The notes beneath the pieces were generated by a model. It was not told the origin of the DNA and made no database searches. It saw only the letters and a program-made list of their open reading frames with translations. DNA of 64,000 nt from Verrucomicrobiota bacterium (GTDB taxonomy: Bacteria > Verrucomicrobiota > Verrucomicrobiia > Limisphaerales > AAA164-E04). This document shows positions 61,276 through 64,000 of the stretch, one piece after another; position 1 is the first letter of the stretch; each line of letters starts with the position of its first letter. The DNA lies in NCBI GenBank assembly GCA_047947115.1, contig CP170459.1, positions 864,001 to 928,000 on the forward strand. The letters are read 5' to 3'. Both the position numbers and the translations under genes were made by a program.

Positions 61276-61866
61276 ATGACCGTTGCGAACCAAATTACCA
61301 TCCTTCGCATCCTGATCGTCCCGGTCTTTATTGTGGCCGTGCTGTACTATGTCCATGGCGGCAATGAATGGATGCGTTATGCGGCTCTCGGACTATTCGG
61401 CCTGGCATCTCTGAGCGACGCCATCGATGGCTTCATTGCCAGAAAATACAATCAGATCAGTGAACTGGGAACCGTTCTGGATCCCCTGGCAGACAAATTG
61501 CTGCTTATTTCGGGCTACATTGTGTTGAGCCTGGATAACGATCCTTACCTCCCGAGCATTCCAATTTGGTTGACCGCCCTGATTTTCAGCCGGGACGTGT
61601 TGTTGGTGCTGGGACTGATCCTCCTTCACTACACATTCGGAAAAATCCAGGTTCAACCCCGACTGATTGGCAAACTGGCAACCGCGCTCCAAATGCTCAT
61701 CATTCTGCTCGTCCTGGCAAAATTGCCGCCACACATGATCATTTATCTGTTCTATGGAGCAGGATTTTGCACGGGTGTGTCGGGAATCCTCTATGTCTGG
61801 GATGGCATCCGCCAACTCGGCACCCATCCTTCCAGCTCTCCCATCCAACCAAAGGATAAGGAGTAG
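61276..61866 (+). CDS. pgsA: CDP-alcohol phosphatidyltransferase, PgsA-like
   Basis: ANQITILR, DAIDGFIAR..G..LDPLADK. Confidence 0.82.
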   Translation: MTVANQITILRILIVPVFIVAVLYYVHGGNEWMRYAALGLFGLASLSDAIDGFIARKYNQISELGTVLDPLADKLLLISGYIVLSLDNDPYLPSIPIWLTALIFSRDVLLVLGLILLHYTFGKIQVQPRLIGKLATALQMLIILLVLAKLPPHMIIYLFYGAGFCTGVSGILYVWDGIRQLGTHPSSSPIQPKDKE

Positions 61867-62724
61867 TCAAAGAGTTTGACAGGTGGGGCAGTAGTAAGTT
61901 CCCCGTTGGGAGATCATCATGCGCAGGATCGGTGTGTCGCATGCCGGGCATGGTTGGCCTTCGCGACCATAAACCCTGAAACGTTCCTTCACCTCACGAT
62001 CGGCCTGCCCTGAACGGCCGAAATAAAAAAAACCATCTCCACGCCCGGTGCCTTCAAAATCAAGATCTGAAGAGGTTCCAAGCCGAACCGCTTCCGTCAA
62101 CGTCTTGCGAATGGCCTGACACAGAACGACCAAACCGGGTTTGGGTATGGTCCCGGCCGGCCGCATTGGATGCAAACGAGAAAGAAAAAGGACTTCGTTG
62201 ACATAGATATTGCCCAAACCAGCCACCCGTTCCTGATGCATCAACAGGTCCTTTATTTTAACCGATCGATCACGGCAAATCTGCTGCAGATACTCGGGGT
62301 GAAAGGTGTCTGGGTCCAATGGTTCCGGCCCCATGCGTTCAAGGGACGAAACATCAAAAGTCCAGCGACCAAACCCTCGCACATCCACATAGCACAACAC
62401 CCTGTCATCGCCTTCGAGCGCCACCGCCAGATGAGGGATGTCCTGAAAGGCATCCGACCTATCCCTGAAAAACAGACGTCCACTCATGCCCAGATGGATG
62501 ATCAATGGTTTGAAAGGTGAGCCACCGTTCAGGTGCACCATGAGAAATTTCCCACGCCGATCGATATGGTGAATGGTTTGGCCCCCAAGCAGGCGTTTGA
62601 AAGCCGTGACGGATTCGGGTCGAACGATACGCGGCTTGTTGACGAGGATTTTTTGAACACGGAATCCCCTGGCGACACCGTCCAGGTGCTGACGCAAGGT
62701 TTCAACTTCAGGTAATTCCGGCAT
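61867..62724 (-). CDS. mutM: Formamidopyrimidine-DNA glycosylase
   Basis: MPELPEVET, RRGKF, HLGMSG, GLGNIY, C-terminal zinc finger CPAC..CPTC. Confidence 0.95.
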   Translation of the reverse strand: MPELPEVETLRQHLDGVARGFRVQKILVNKPRIVRPESVTAFKRLLGGQTIHHIDRRGKFLMVHLNGGSPFKPLIIHLGMSGRLFFRDRSDAFQDIPHLAVALEGDDRVLCYVDVRGFGRWTFDVSSLERMGPEPLDPDTFHPEYLQQICRDRSVKIKDLLMHQERVAGLGNIYVNEVLFLSRLHPMRPAGTIPKPGLVVLCQAIRKTLTEAVRLGTSSDLDFEGTGRGDGFFYFGRSGQADREVKERFRVYGREGQPCPACDTPILRMMISQRGTYYCPTCQTL

Positions 62725-62729
62725 GACTC

Positions 62730-63167
62730 TCAACCTTGATAACGCAACGGTTCCGTCATCGGAAACGCATTGGGAAGATGCCGTACTTCGTCCACATGCT
62801 CCTCATCATCCAACAACACTTCCACGATGTCGAACTGTACCTTGCATCGGGGAAAGTGCAGTTTTTTCAAATAATCCAGAGCCGTTTTGCAGATGTTCTT
62901 TCGTTTGTCAGCATCCACCGCGGCAGCCGGTCTTGACCAGGATTCACCCGTTCGCGTTTTAACTTCCACAAACACCATGCAGTCCCGATCACGAAAGATC
63001 AGATCGATCTCACCGCGTTTGGAAGCGAAATTCCGCGCAAGCAATTTGTAGCCCCGACGGCGTAGAAATCGTTCGGCGGCTTGTTCTCCCAACGAACCTT
63101 TCCGAAGATGATCCGGAGTGTCATCCGGTCGAAAAAGTCCCTGCAGAAGCTGAATCAGTCGTCCCAT
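62730..63167 (-). CDS. YraN (UPF0102) family endonuclease-like protein
   Basis: GEQAA..GEIDLI..VFVEVKTR. Confidence 0.92.
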   Translation of the reverse strand: MGRLIQLLQGLFRPDDTPDHLRKGSLGEQAAERFLRRRGYKLLARNFASKRGEIDLIFRDRDCMVFVEVKTRTGESWSRPAAAVDADKRKNICKTALDYLKKLHFPRCKVQFDIVEVLLDDEEHVDEVRHLPNAFPMTEPLRYQG

Positions 63168-63838
63168 TGAAACAAGGTTTGTTGCTGTATTTTGCCAAGG
63201 AAACTGCGACGATGCAACACGCAGGGACCGTGTTCCACGATGGCAGCACGATGCTGCGGAGTGCCATAACCTTTATGCTGTGAAAAACCGTATTCAGGGA
63301 ATTGGGCATCCCATTCCAACATCAATCGATCCCGATGTACTTTCGCCAGAATGCTGGCCGCCGCGATGGAAAAACTCTTGGCATCACCCTTCACAATAGG
63401 AGTATGTGGAATGGGCAAACCCCGAACCGCCAGTCCGTCCACCAAGGCATGGTCGGCCCGAAATCCTTTCATCTCCTCAACCGCCAGAGCCATGGCTCGG
63501 TGCGTGGCTTTCAAGATGTTGATGGCATCGATTTCCTCCGCCTCGACTTGTGCCAAACCAAAATGAATGTCCGGATGCTGACAAATAACATCAAACAGCA
63601 AGGCACGCTTTGCGGGTGAAAGCTTTTTGGAATCATTGATACCGCTCAGGGTCTCGGGTAATCTGGATCCATACCATGAAGGAGGCAAAGCAACCGCAGC
63701 AGCCACCACCGGTCCGGCCAAAGGCCCCCTTCCCGCTTCATCAATGCCAACCAGAGCTCTCGCACCTTCGTCATGCAGTTTGTTTTCCCAATCAAACCGC
63801 CCGACCATCGCTTCAGTGATAGGTGAACCACTTGTCAT
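63155..63838 (-). CDS. rnhB: Ribonuclease HII
   Basis: GIDEAGRGPLAGPV, DSKKL, VDG, SIAAASILAKV, HKGYGT, HRRSF. Confidence 0.96.
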   Translation of the reverse strand: MTSGSPITEAMVGRFDWENKLHDEGARALVGIDEAGRGPLAGPVVAAAVALPPSWYGSRLPETLSGINDSKKLSPAKRALLFDVICQHPDIHFGLAQVEAEEIDAINILKATHRAMALAVEEMKGFRADHALVDGLAVRGLPIPHTPIVKGDAKSFSIAAASILAKVHRDRLMLEWDAQFPEYGFSQHKGYGTPQHRAAIVEHGPCVLHRRSFLGKIQQQTLFQWDD

Positions 63839-64000
63839 GGTTGGGCAAGGTATTCGATCAAATCCCGCAACTCACGCTTGGTCAGCATTTCGATCAATCC
63901 TTCCGGCATGGGCGACAACGTCGATCGACGGCTTTCGATTTCGGATTTGGAAAGAGTATGAACCGTGCCATCCGCAGACTGCAACACGAGTTCTGATTCA
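63835..64000 (-). CDS. 3' end of a PVC-type heme-binding/dehydrogenase protein (partial)
   Basis: Manual translation ..SRRSTLSPMPEGLIEMLTKRELRDLIEYLAQP*, similar to the C-terminus of 27668..30304; ATGA overlap with rnhB. Confidence 0.75.
   Translation of the reverse strand, partial: ESELVLQSADGTVHTLSKSEIESRRSTLSPMPEGLIEMLTKRELRDLIEYLAQP

Overview
Bacterial chromosomal window with a PVC-superphylum gene repertoire, most likely Verrucomicrobiota. This is inferred from DUF1592/DUF1552, PVC-type heme-binding dehydrogenases, a TIGR04073-like lipoprotein, a sulfatase and FG-GAP/ASPIC-UnbV proteins. Intact housekeeping blocks are glnD-lspA-miaA, tolQ-(Zn ribbon)-tolR-tolA-tolB-pal-tatA-tatC, ispE, hisF, nrdR-hinT-pgsA and rnhB-yraN-mutM. 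The most unusual region is an AT-richer minus-strand island at about 31.1-38.6 kb, bracketed by REP-like inverted repeats. It carries five copies (in four genes) of one ~350-aa domain that I cannot assign to a family, interleaved with two divergent exported proteins that share an N-terminal GTxITxGQ motif. It reads as a repeated, mosaic partner-gene cassette. Several accessory loci are disrupted: a sensor kinase and a TPR/coiled-coil/ankyrin gene, a WD40-FGE-domain gene, and a cryptic M6 metalloprotease pseudogene missed by the ORF track. Three kinds of REP-like repeat occur. I saw no rRNA, tRNA, CRISPR array, transposase, integrase or reverse transcriptase. All calls come from reading motifs by eye; no database searches were run.
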